Below, piece after piece: positions 15,839 through 23,331 of a DNA stretch of 32,000 nt (its first letter is position 1; the number at the start of each line of letters is the position of its first letter). The stretch is from positions 270,001-302,000 of the forward strand of contig MGBH01000001.1 in the NCBI GenBank assembly GCA_001790095.1, written 5' to 3'. The stretch comes from Candidatus Saccharimonadota bacterium. GTDB taxonomy: Bacteria > Patescibacteriota > Microgenomatia > UBA1406 > GWC2-37-13. The position numbers and the translations under genes were made by a program. Below the pieces are notes generated by a model. The model was not told where the DNA came from. It saw nothing but the letters and a program-made list of their open reading frames with translations, and did no database searches.

Positions 15839-17494
15839 TCATATGTTTTTGACCATGTAAGTATCTATGAGATTATATCCAAATTTCTCGTAATACTTTC
15901 TTGTTCCAACTCCCGCAATTATGGCAATTTTGTTTGAACCTTGTTTTGTAGATAATTTTTCAGCCTCTTTTAATAAACGAATGCCAAAATGGTGATGTTG
16001 AATCGTATTCTTTTCTTTTTTTCCAATGGGAACGACTTGTCCGTATACATGTAGCTCTCGTATCAGAGCTGCTCCAGCTAAACTCTTAGCTAAAGCAAAC
16101 TGTGTATGGGGGATAAACAGTCGGATGAATCCTAGCGAATGTTTGTTATCGTCTGTAAATTCTAAAAAAAATTCCTTACCATTAGACACATTATATGAGA
16201 TAGTGTGCAGGTATGGTTTTCCAACAATTTTCAGATCTTTGATTTCACGACACCTGATGCAGCTGCATATTTTATTATTGTCATGCATTTTTTTTTGAAT
16301 AATCTCCCGAAGATTAGGAGCAAATTGCTTAATTTGCATTGCATCGGTTGTAATGTCTCGTGTCAACCTTCCAATCCGCACCCAGGGAGGAACTACCTCG
16401 GATTTGAATTTTATGATTATCTCAATCAATTCATCCAGGGAGTAGGGTTTGTAGGTTTCATTTTTAAACCATTCAAAAAGTTTTGTATGTGTCGTAATTG
16501 TGGTCGGATAAAGTTTGAGATGGTCAGGTTTAAACCAAGGATTACTAAAAATCTCTTTCATCAATTGAAGGTCAAGTGAGGGGGTTGTCCCGGGAAGATT
16601 GGGCATAAGGTGATATCCTATTTTAAGGCCATAGCTTCTCAAGAGAGAGGTTGCTTTCATTACTTGCTTGACTGTATGGTTGCGTTTAATAAGAAAGTAT
16701 ATCTTATTGCTTGGCATCTGTACTCCTATTTCAACATGTGTAACGCCAAGAGTGCGCAGGTACACAAGCTCTTTATCGTTGATGTAGTCGGGTCGAGTCT
16801 CAATATTAATACCTATGATACGAGATTTTGCCGTTTCGTTTTCTTTCTGAGAGTCAAATAAAGTCTTTACTGTTTTAACGTAATCAATCTGACCACTTTT
16901 TAAATATTTTTCAATGTCTACGTTGCACGCATCAAACACGCGCCTCACAAACCATCTCCGGTATTGTTTTTTATAGAAAGAAAACGTTCCTCCTTTTATG
17001 ATAATTTCAACTTTGTCGATTGAGTGACCAGAAAGATAGAACATGACAAGTCTTTGTAGTGTTTGTTTGAATGGATCAAAATGATGTCTTATAGCTCGCA
17101 TGACAGCGGGTTCATCGGAAAAATAACTTTTTGGCATACCTGGTTCATTTGGACAGTAAACACATGAAAATGGACAACCAGTACCCTTTGTAAATAAAGT
17201 AAGGGGAACGATTCCAGATAGAGATCTGGTTTTCGTTTTTACCAAAAACTGTTTTATCTGTTTGATAAATGAGGAAGAGAATCTACTTTGATGACGAATA
17301 AGTATGAAGTTTAGCCACCAAGCAGAGGGTTTTATAGCTTTAAAGTCCTTTTGTAGTTTGAGCGAATCCATAAGCAGCCGGTTCATACTTTTTTGATCAA
17401 GGGGCGCTTTTTTTTCAAACCCTTGTTCAAGTAGTTGAAGCAGCTTGATAAGTGAATCCTCAAGTTGTGTTGGAAAATTAGCGGGGTAAAACAT
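15839..17494 (-). CDS. elp3: Elp3-family radical SAM / GNAT tRNA-modification enzyme (tRNA U34 carboxymethylation type)
   Basis: Radical SAM cluster motif CPFSCVYCP. C-terminal GNAT block ELHVYGQVVPIG...QHHHFGIRLLKEAEKL...IAIIAGVGTRKYYEKFGY, characteristic of Elp3. 551 aa. Confidence 0.9.
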   Translation of the reverse strand: MFYPANFPTQLEDSLIKLLQLLEQGFEKKAPLDQKSMNRLLMDSLKLQKDFKAIKPSAWWLNFILIRHQSRFSSSFIKQIKQFLVKTKTRSLSGIVPLTLFTKGTGCPFSCVYCPNEPGMPKSYFSDEPAVMRAIRHHFDPFKQTLQRLVMFYLSGHSIDKVEIIIKGGTFSFYKKQYRRWFVRRVFDACNVDIEKYLKSGQIDYVKTVKTLFDSQKENETAKSRIIGINIETRPDYINDKELVYLRTLGVTHVEIGVQMPSNKIYFLIKRNHTVKQVMKATSLLRSYGLKIGYHLMPNLPGTTPSLDLQLMKEIFSNPWFKPDHLKLYPTTITTHTKLFEWFKNETYKPYSLDELIEIIIKFKSEVVPPWVRIGRLTRDITTDAMQIKQFAPNLREIIQKKMHDNNKICSCIRCREIKDLKIVGKPYLHTISYNVSNGKEFFLEFTDDNKHSLGFIRLFIPHTQFALAKSLAGAALIRELHVYGQVVPIGKKEKNTIQHHHFGIRLLKEAEKLSTKQGSNKIAIIAGVGTRKYYEKFGYNLIDTYMVKNI

Positions 17495-17516
17495 GTTAAA
17501 TTGCTATAATGTGGCT

Positions 17517-18278
17517 ATGCAAAGATATTTTGATCAGATGGACTTCATTTTATCAGATCTGTTTAAAAAATATGCCTCCTTTGATATAAAACCTGGCGTG
17601 TTGTTATCTGGCGGAATAGACTCTACGACCATTACATATTTTGTCTCAAAATACTTTAAAGACTTTACTATTTTATCGATGGGTACAGATAAGACGAAGG
17701 ACAGAAGCTATATCGACATAGTATCTTTATATCTAAAGCACGAATACATATGGGTTGAAATGAACAAGGACGAAGTGGTGGAAAATTATAAAGAAGTTAA
17801 AAAACTACTAGAACAAGCCCTTGTTCCTACAAGCTTGATGCATATGTCCCTTGCCATGGGCTACTTTCTTCTTTTCAAAAAAGCCAAGCAATTAGGCATA
17901 ACCCACATTGTCACAGGGCAGGGACCAGATATCCTCTTAGGGGGATATCATAAATACAAGTCAGTTACCAACATAAATGTGGAAATAAAAAAGGATTTAC
18001 CACTTCTTGAGATAGATAAAAAAAGAGATGGAATTGTAGCAAAAAATTTTGGCATAACACTTTACAATCCCTACCTTGAAAAAGAGTTTGTTGATTTTTG
18101 CCTCACCATTCCTCAGAAATTTAAATTGCAAAAAGGTATTGAGAAGTATATATTAAGAGAATTTTCAAGAAAAAAAGGACTTCCAAGCAAAATAGTTAAC
18201 AGACCGAAAAAAGCATTTCAGTATTCAACAGGTATACAAAAGTTGGTATTAAATGTATTAAAATATACGCATGAATGA
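17517..18278 (+). CDS. Asparagine-synthetase-like PP-loop ATP pyrophosphatase (synthetase domain only, no glutaminase domain)
   Basis: PP-loop LLSGGIDSTT and GQGPDILLGGYHKY match the AsnB C-terminal domain. The track start 17493 shares a CATG with the elp3 start, so the ATG at 17517 (MQRYFDQ) is preferred. Confidence 0.85.
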   Translation: MQRYFDQMDFILSDLFKKYASFDIKPGVLLSGGIDSTTITYFVSKYFKDFTILSMGTDKTKDRSYIDIVSLYLKHEYIWVEMNKDEVVENYKEVKKLLEQALVPTSLMHMSLAMGYFLLFKKAKQLGITHIVTGQGPDILLGGYHKYKSVTNINVEIKKDLPLLEIDKKRDGIVAKNFGITLYNPYLEKEFVDFCLTIPQKFKLQKGIEKYILREFSRKKGLPSKIVNRPKKAFQYSTGIQKLVLNVLKYTHE

Positions 18279-18609
18279 GTTTATGTATTTATTAACCAAC
18301 GGACTTGCTGTATATATTTCTTCTTACTTATTAAGAGGAGTACACGTGAAGGATTTTTTTGTAGCTATTGTAGTGGCAGTTATTTTAAGTATTGTAAACA
18401 TAATTTTAAAACCTATGATCGTTTTTTTAACCCTTCCACTAAACATTTTGACGCTTGGGTTATTTACTCTTGTGATCAATGGATTCATGGTTATTTTGGT
18501 AAGTAGAGTGGTTCCTGGATTTACCGTTGACTCAGTTGGATGGGGAATACTTTTTAGCATAATTTTATCCTTTATAAGCTCACTTTTTAATTGGTTAAAA
18601 AAAGAATAA
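18271..18609 (+). CDS. Phage-holin-family-4-like (YvlD-type) 4-TM membrane protein
   Basis: 112 aa. LLRGVHVKDFFVAIVVAVILSIVNIILKPMIVFLTLPLNILTLGLFTLVINGFMVILVSRVVPGFTVD matches the PF04020 pattern. 8-nt overlap (ATGAATGA) with the upstream gene. Confidence 0.75.
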   Translation: MNEFMYLLTNGLAVYISSYLLRGVHVKDFFVAIVVAVILSIVNIILKPMIVFLTLPLNILTLGLFTLVINGFMVILVSRVVPGFTVDSVGWGILFSIILSFISSLFNWLKKE

Positions 18610-18618
18610 TCAGATAGA

Positions 18619-19503
18619 TTACTTGAATATTTTTTTGAGTTTTTCAAGTAAGACGGGGATAAAGGGGAGCTTGCTTTTAATGATGATTTTCAGTGATGTT
18701 ATTTCTTCCTCCATAGCCTGTTCTCCTGCATGTATTCCTTCAAGCTTATTTTTAGTTTGAAGAAGGGTTTTCCAATGGATATCATCAACTTTTGGAATCA
18801 CTGCAATATCTGCCTTTTGTATTTCATAATCTGCAATGTTGTGCATCATAATACTAAAAGAATGTCTTGCTACAGAAAGAAAATTTAACCTATCTAAAAG
18901 CTCAAAAGAATAATGATTGTTTAGATTAACTCCAATTACTATGTCAGAACCCATTTTTCGAGCCGTTTCAACAGGAACGGGATTTGTTACTCCTCCATCC
19001 ACTAAAGTTTTACCATCGATGAATACTGGATTAAGCAGCATAGGGACAGCGCAACTTGCAAGTACCGCTTGTGTAACTGAACCGTTCTGAAGAGAAACAG
19101 CCCTTCCTGTTGCAAGATCTACCGCTACTGATTCAAATGGAATAAGTAAATTTTTAAAGTTAAGATTCTTACCCAGAAATCCTTCTATAAAGGACTGAAT
19201 TCGTTTTCCTTGTAATATGCCGCCTCCCAAGGAAGGGTCTGTGATGAGCGAGATCATGTCCCACCAATTTTTTTTAACGATATAATCCTCAACCTTCTGT
19301 ATATCTTTGGTAGCGGCGTAGAAAGCACCCACAATTGATCCTGCGCTAGTTCCAGATATATAATCAATGGGGATATTTTGTTCCAAAAGCTTTTTTATTA
19401 CTCCAATATGAGCTAAGCCCTTTGGTCCACCACCTCCAAGAGCAAGGCCAATCGTTGGAGTTTTTTTAATTAGATTGAGTTTCATGAGTGTCTTATATAT
19501 CAT
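18619..19503 (-). CDS. Patatin-like phospholipase
   Basis: Oxyanion GGGGPKG, nucleophile elbow GTSAGS, catalytic Asp in LVDGGVTNPVP. Confidence 0.9.
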   Translation of the reverse strand: MIYKTLMKLNLIKKTPTIGLALGGGGPKGLAHIGVIKKLLEQNIPIDYISGTSAGSIVGAFYAATKDIQKVEDYIVKKNWWDMISLITDPSLGGGILQGKRIQSFIEGFLGKNLNFKNLLIPFESVAVDLATGRAVSLQNGSVTQAVLASCAVPMLLNPVFIDGKTLVDGGVTNPVPVETARKMGSDIVIGVNLNNHYSFELLDRLNFLSVARHSFSIMMHNIADYEIQKADIAVIPKVDDIHWKTLLQTKNKLEGIHAGEQAMEEEITSLKIIIKSKLPFIPVLLEKLKKIFK

Positions 19504-19559
19504 AACAGGATTTTAATAATGAGAAATATAAAATTCGCTTGATTTGGTAATATCTATTC

Positions 19560-20039
19560 ATGTATAGTAATAAATCTATGGACACATTAAACACCGGTTC
19601 TTCAAACAAAAATGATTTAAAACAGGAAAAAAACGAACCAGTAGGCGCAACAAGTTCTATGTCAATCATTGATTTGACAGCGATAATCAACAGGTATGTT
19701 TTGGATATTGATAAGGTAAAAGGCACTATGAAAGAAAAAAGTTTGATGTTCAAAGATGCTTTTGAAAACGACGCAGAGTATCATGAGCAAAATATAAAAG
19801 TAAAAGACCTTAGCAAACTAAAAAATGCGGCCAAGCAACGAATCCTAAAACAACCAGCTATGGAAGCTCTTACTGCTCAAATAAACGACTTGAAACTTGA
19901 ACTAAAAGATATGCAAGACATGCTTTCCGGCTATTTGGAACAGTACCAAAAAACATCCGGTACAAATATTATCGAAACAGAAAACGGAGTGATACGAGAA
20001 ATCATTCCTGTCTTCAAGCTCGTAAAACGCAAGATATAA
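19560..20039 (+). CDS. Hypothetical coiled-coil protein (start uncertain)
   Basis: ORF only. Lys/Glu-rich heptad-like C-terminal half. No motif recognised. Confidence 0.5.
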   Translation: MYSNKSMDTLNTGSSNKNDLKQEKNEPVGATSSMSIIDLTAIINRYVLDIDKVKGTMKEKSLMFKDAFENDAEYHEQNIKVKDLSKLKNAAKQRILKQPAMEALTAQINDLKLELKDMQDMLSGYLEQYQKTSGTNIIETENGVIREIIPVFKLVKRKI

Positions 20040-20049
20040 GGCAAAAGGT

Positions 20050-20634
20050 TTATTGACAGGCTTTCCATAATCCCTTATTAAATTCTCTCGCCTGTTGTTG
20101 AGCGGTCATAAATTGTTCCGCATATGCTACATCGGGGGGAAAGGTTGAAGCAAGGGCATATCCTTCACGGACAAGATAGTCGTTTACAAAGATACCCTCT
20201 CCTGTGGCAATTGGAGTATCATATACCCACACATATCTAAGGAGTCGATTGTATCTATCAACTTCAGAAACATCTTTTTCAAGAAGAACATATTTTTTTT
20301 CCACCAGTTCGATATTCTTTTTTGATGCCTCTTTGCCGAAACATTGCAAGCCTTTTGTCGGGTGTTTTGTTTCAGGAGTATCGATGCCAATGTAACGGAC
20401 TGTTTGATTGCCTTCAATGACGATTGTATCACCATCGATTACTCTTTCTACTTGTTTAAGAGATACTTGTTGTTTCTTTTGTGTTGGTGAGACAATCCCT
20501 TTTTCGTTCTTAGGGGGGGGTTGCTTATAAGTTATGACTCCAAAAGCTACCAAGATCGTTATAAGTAATACATATATTATCTGGAAAAGTTTAGGTCTTT
20601 TTCTCATGTATACAGTATAATATATTTCTGACAT
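20050..20634 (-). CDS. Membrane-anchored thermonuclease (staphylococcal nuclease family)
   Basis: N-terminal TM LFQIIYVLLITILVAFGVITY, then VIDGDTIVIEG...VRYIGIDTPE...YNRLLRYVW, typical SNase motifs. The start may instead be the ATG at 20607 (MRKRPK). Confidence 0.88.
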   Translation of the reverse strand: MSEIYYTVYMRKRPKLFQIIYVLLITILVAFGVITYKQPPPKNEKGIVSPTQKKQQVSLKQVERVIDGDTIVIEGNQTVRYIGIDTPETKHPTKGLQCFGKEASKKNIELVEKKYVLLEKDVSEVDRYNRLLRYVWVYDTPIATGEGIFVNDYLVREGYALASTFPPDVAYAEQFMTAQQQAREFNKGLWKACQ

Positions 20635-21214
20635 GCCTCAAAAAATAATCATAATTCGACACGGGCAAACAGCAAACAATAAAAAAAGGATTCTTCAGGG
20701 TCATCTGGATACGCCCCTTGATGAAGAAGGGAAAGCTCAGTCACATCGGGCTGCAAAGATTTTAAAGAACAGGAAAATCGACGTTGTTTTTTCTTCTGAT
20801 TTAATAAGAGCATTTCAAACAGCTCAAATTGTTACCAAGGGGATAGTGAAACATATCAAACGTACTCCGCTACTGAGGGAAAAATATTTTGGGAAGTTTC
20901 AGGGCATGACGTTTGATGAAATTGGAAGTTATTTGACGAAATTTGGCGAACAAGGTAACTTTTCATTTAGAGGAAGAGAAAAGGAATTTGGAGTTGAAAC
21001 AGAAGATGAGGTGATTGAACGCATAACTGAATTTAAAAAAATGCTTGTCACACATAAAGGTAAAACAATTGCCATTTTTTCACATGGGGGATTTATCAGG
21101 AGACTCTGTATCGTATTTGGCATTCCCAAAGAGAAAATAGAGAAAGTATATATTCCCAACGCAACGCCTATGGTTCTCATTAAAAAAGGGAACACATATA
21201 TTCTTGAGGAGTAA
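20633..21214 (+). CDS. Histidine phosphatase family protein (phosphoglycerate-mutase-like)
   Basis: IIIIRHGQT (RHG catalytic motif), SSDLIRAFQTA, FSHGGFIR second catalytic His. Confidence 0.88.
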   Translation: MPQKIIIIRHGQTANNKKRILQGHLDTPLDEEGKAQSHRAAKILKNRKIDVVFSSDLIRAFQTAQIVTKGIVKHIKRTPLLREKYFGKFQGMTFDEIGSYLTKFGEQGNFSFRGREKEFGVETEDEVIERITEFKKMLVTHKGKTIAIFSHGGFIRRLCIVFGIPKEKIEKVYIPNATPMVLIKKGNTYILEE

Positions 21215-21217
21215 TCC

Positions 21218-22996
21218 TCACTTCACTGTTACGCTTTTTGCTAAATTCCTTGGTTTATCAGGATCTGCTCCTCTTCCTACGCCAAGATAATATCCAAGTA
21301 GCTGACCAACAATAACATTCAAAAATATTGAGTATCGTGGATCTACATCTGGTGTCTGTATCCATTCATCAAACAGAGGCGACCTTGTTGGGCCAACTCC
21401 AATGATATATCCTCCACGGGCCTTCATCTGTGAAGCAGATGAACAGATTTCACCGTATGATGGGCCACTGTCTGTCATGATGAAGCATGGGGTTCCCTTT
21501 TGGATAAGCGTTATTACTCCGTGTTTGAGTTCTCCGGCTGCAAAGGCCTCAGCATGCATATAGCTTGTTTCTTTTAATTTCAATGCAAACTCCAAAGCTG
21601 CTGGATAGTTATTATATTTACCGATCACGTAAGCATGTTCTTCGCTCAGTAATCGTTTTGCTATATTAAGAACAGTACTCATTAAGGATGCGTTAAGCCA
21701 ATGTTTTAGCTTACTTTTTAACTGGGTCGAACTGCGTATTAGACCTGTATGAGGTTTTCTTTCATAGTATTGATTGGCTACGGCGTATAGGGTTGCAAGC
21801 TGGGCTGTAAAGGCTTTTGTTGAAACAACGGATATTTCAGGTCCGGCTCCAACTGGAAGTGTAACATCTGCTAACCGTTCAAGAGATGATCCACGGGAAT
21901 TGACAATAGCCACAACTATGGCACCTCTTTTTTTAGCTTCTTTTGCAGGTATAAGAGTGTCGGCCGTTTCTCCACTTTGAGATATGGCAAATACAATTGA
22001 TTTGTTTGAAATAGACTTTTCAAAAGGAAGATACTCATAGCCGCCTACCACTTTAGAATCAATACCAAGTTGTGCAAAGTAATAATGAGCGGCTAGAGCA
22101 CAGTAATAGGCACTGCCACATCCTAATAATAGGGGCGTATATCCACTAACCATTTTTTTTATAACATGCTCAACAGTTTTCTTATTTGAATCAAAAGCTT
22201 GGGGAATAGTCTTTTTTTCCTCCATTATTTCTTTTAGAAGAAAGTGTGGGAATCCTCCTTTTTCAGTGTCTTCAAGAGTCCAGTCAACTGTTTGTTTCTT
22301 AAACGAAATATAAGACTGTTTAATCAGATCAAAGATCCTCCTTTCATTTTTTGAGACAACGACCGCCTCATTGTCATTTAGATAATATACGGAGTTGGTT
22401 TTATTCAGAAAAGCAGTAGTGTCTGAGGCGAGGAACGTTTCTTTGGGAGAGAATCCGACAACAAGCGGAGAGCCATTTCTGCATGCGATTACTGACCCTG
22501 TTTGGTAGTCTAAGACTACAATAGCGTTTGACCCGACTAGTTCACGAAACGTTGAGAACACCGCCTCTTCGAGGTCCATGGTTTTGCGTTTTTCTTCAAC
22601 AAGGTGGGCGATGACTTCGGTATCTGTTTCGGAGATAAAGGAGTGACCTTTCTTTATTAATTCAATCTTTAATTCGTGGTAATTTTCAACAATTCCGTTA
22701 TGAATTACCGCTATTTGCTTTTTACAGTCAAGGTGTGGATGAGCATTAGTGTCGGTGACCCCTCCATGAGTTGCCCAACGGGTATGTCCAATTGCAACAG
22801 ACCCATCAGGTAATGAGGTAGTAGCGATCCCTATTTTACCGACATGCTTGTCCACTTGGATAGTTGATCCGCCCATTGGTTTTATTGCAATTCCCCATGA
22901 ATCATAGCCGCGGTACTCAAGTTTTTTTAAACCCGCAAGCACCGTTTGTGCCGCTTGGTTTTGTTTGTCTTCAATAACAGCAAAAATTCCACACAT
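21218..22996 (-). CDS. glmS: Glutamine--fructose-6-phosphate aminotransferase
   Basis: The required N-terminal MCGI is at the ATG at 22994-22996; the track's 7-aa extension from a TTG is rejected. GHTRWATHG, two SIS domains (SQSGETADT), C-terminal KSVTVK-type end. Confidence 0.97.
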   Translation of the reverse strand: MCGIFAVIEDKQNQAAQTVLAGLKKLEYRGYDSWGIAIKPMGGSTIQVDKHVGKIGIATTSLPDGSVAIGHTRWATHGGVTDTNAHPHLDCKKQIAVIHNGIVENYHELKIELIKKGHSFISETDTEVIAHLVEEKRKTMDLEEAVFSTFRELVGSNAIVVLDYQTGSVIACRNGSPLVVGFSPKETFLASDTTAFLNKTNSVYYLNDNEAVVVSKNERRIFDLIKQSYISFKKQTVDWTLEDTEKGGFPHFLLKEIMEEKKTIPQAFDSNKKTVEHVIKKMVSGYTPLLLGCGSAYYCALAAHYYFAQLGIDSKVVGGYEYLPFEKSISNKSIVFAISQSGETADTLIPAKEAKKRGAIVVAIVNSRGSSLERLADVTLPVGAGPEISVVSTKAFTAQLATLYAVANQYYERKPHTGLIRSSTQLKSKLKHWLNASLMSTVLNIAKRLLSEEHAYVIGKYNNYPAALEFALKLKETSYMHAEAFAAGELKHGVITLIQKGTPCFIMTDSGPSYGEICSSASQMKARGGYIIGVGPTRSPLFDEWIQTPDVDPRYSIFLNVIVGQLLGYYLGVGRGADPDKPRNLAKSVTVK

Positions 22997-23005
22997 AATA
23001 AAAAT

Positions 23006-23033
23006 CTCAAATTTCAAATGTCAAATCTCAAAT
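23006..23033 (-). repeat. Four in-phase heptamer repeats (minus strand AUUUGAN x4) between the ribozyme-like leader and the glmS start
   Basis: Plus strand: CTCAAAT, TTCAAAT, GTCAAAT, CTCAAAT at 23006-23033. Confidence 0.6.
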
Positions 23034-23061
23034 AGAGAAGAATAGATGACAGATGAAATGA

Positions 23062-23265
23062 ATTGGTAATGGAGCTCGTTTGAAGAAGTCTGTACCATGT
23101 TTTCTTTGATTCCTTCGTTACCGAAGGAGTTTAAAAAACATATTTAAGTTGACAGTTCAACTTGAGGGTTTCCGTAGATATACACCATAGATTGGTGTTT
23201 CCGATTCCCTCCGATTCGGAGGGCCCTCTCCTCGTAAACCTCCGATTCGGAGGTCCTTACGCTCT
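23062..23265 (-). ncRNA. glmS ribozyme-like 5' leader
   Basis: Minus strand reads AGAGCGUAAGG-[ACCUCCGAAUCGGAGGU hairpin]-UUACGAGGA-GAGGG...CUACGGAAACCCUC. This gives the A/GCG cleavage-site context, the conserved ACGAGGA, a GAGGG/CCCUC helix, and CGUA/UACG pseudoknot potential in the canonical position. Downstream hairpins and a CUUCUUCAAAC element follow. It sits directly upstream of glmS on the same strand. Confidence 0.65.
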
Positions 23266-23331
23266 TTTTTATAATATCTTCTAACTAGAGCTGATATTAT
23301 TATATCAATTTCAACTACAAATGTAAACAAA

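Noticed and set aside
16026-16861. Plus-strand ORFs inside elp3 (16026-16298, 16205-16579, 16610-16861)
   Set aside because: Antisense shadow ORFs within a confidently identified 551-aa gene.
18324-19753. Minus ORFs 18324-18647 and 19493-19753
   Set aside because: The first is antisense to the holin-4-like gene. The second overlaps the patatin start and the 19560 gene and has no motifs.
21205-21220. TGAGGA-GTAA-TCCTCA hairpin spanning the convergent stop codons of the histidine phosphatase and glmS genes
   Set aside because: It has only 6 bp and no U-tract on either strand, so it is too weak to annotate as a bidirectional terminator.
20184-21980. ORFs 20184-20435 (-), 20204-20395 (+), 20929-21195 (-) and 21774-21980 (+)
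   Set aside because: They lie in alternative frames of, or antisense to, the thermonuclease, histidine phosphatase and glmS genes.
22997-23017. Seven-codon N-terminal extension of glmS (MKFEIFI from a TTG)
   Set aside because: GlmS requires Cys as the first residue after Met removal, and MCGI begins at the ATG at 22994-22996. The extension is simply the heptamer-repeat UTR read in frame.
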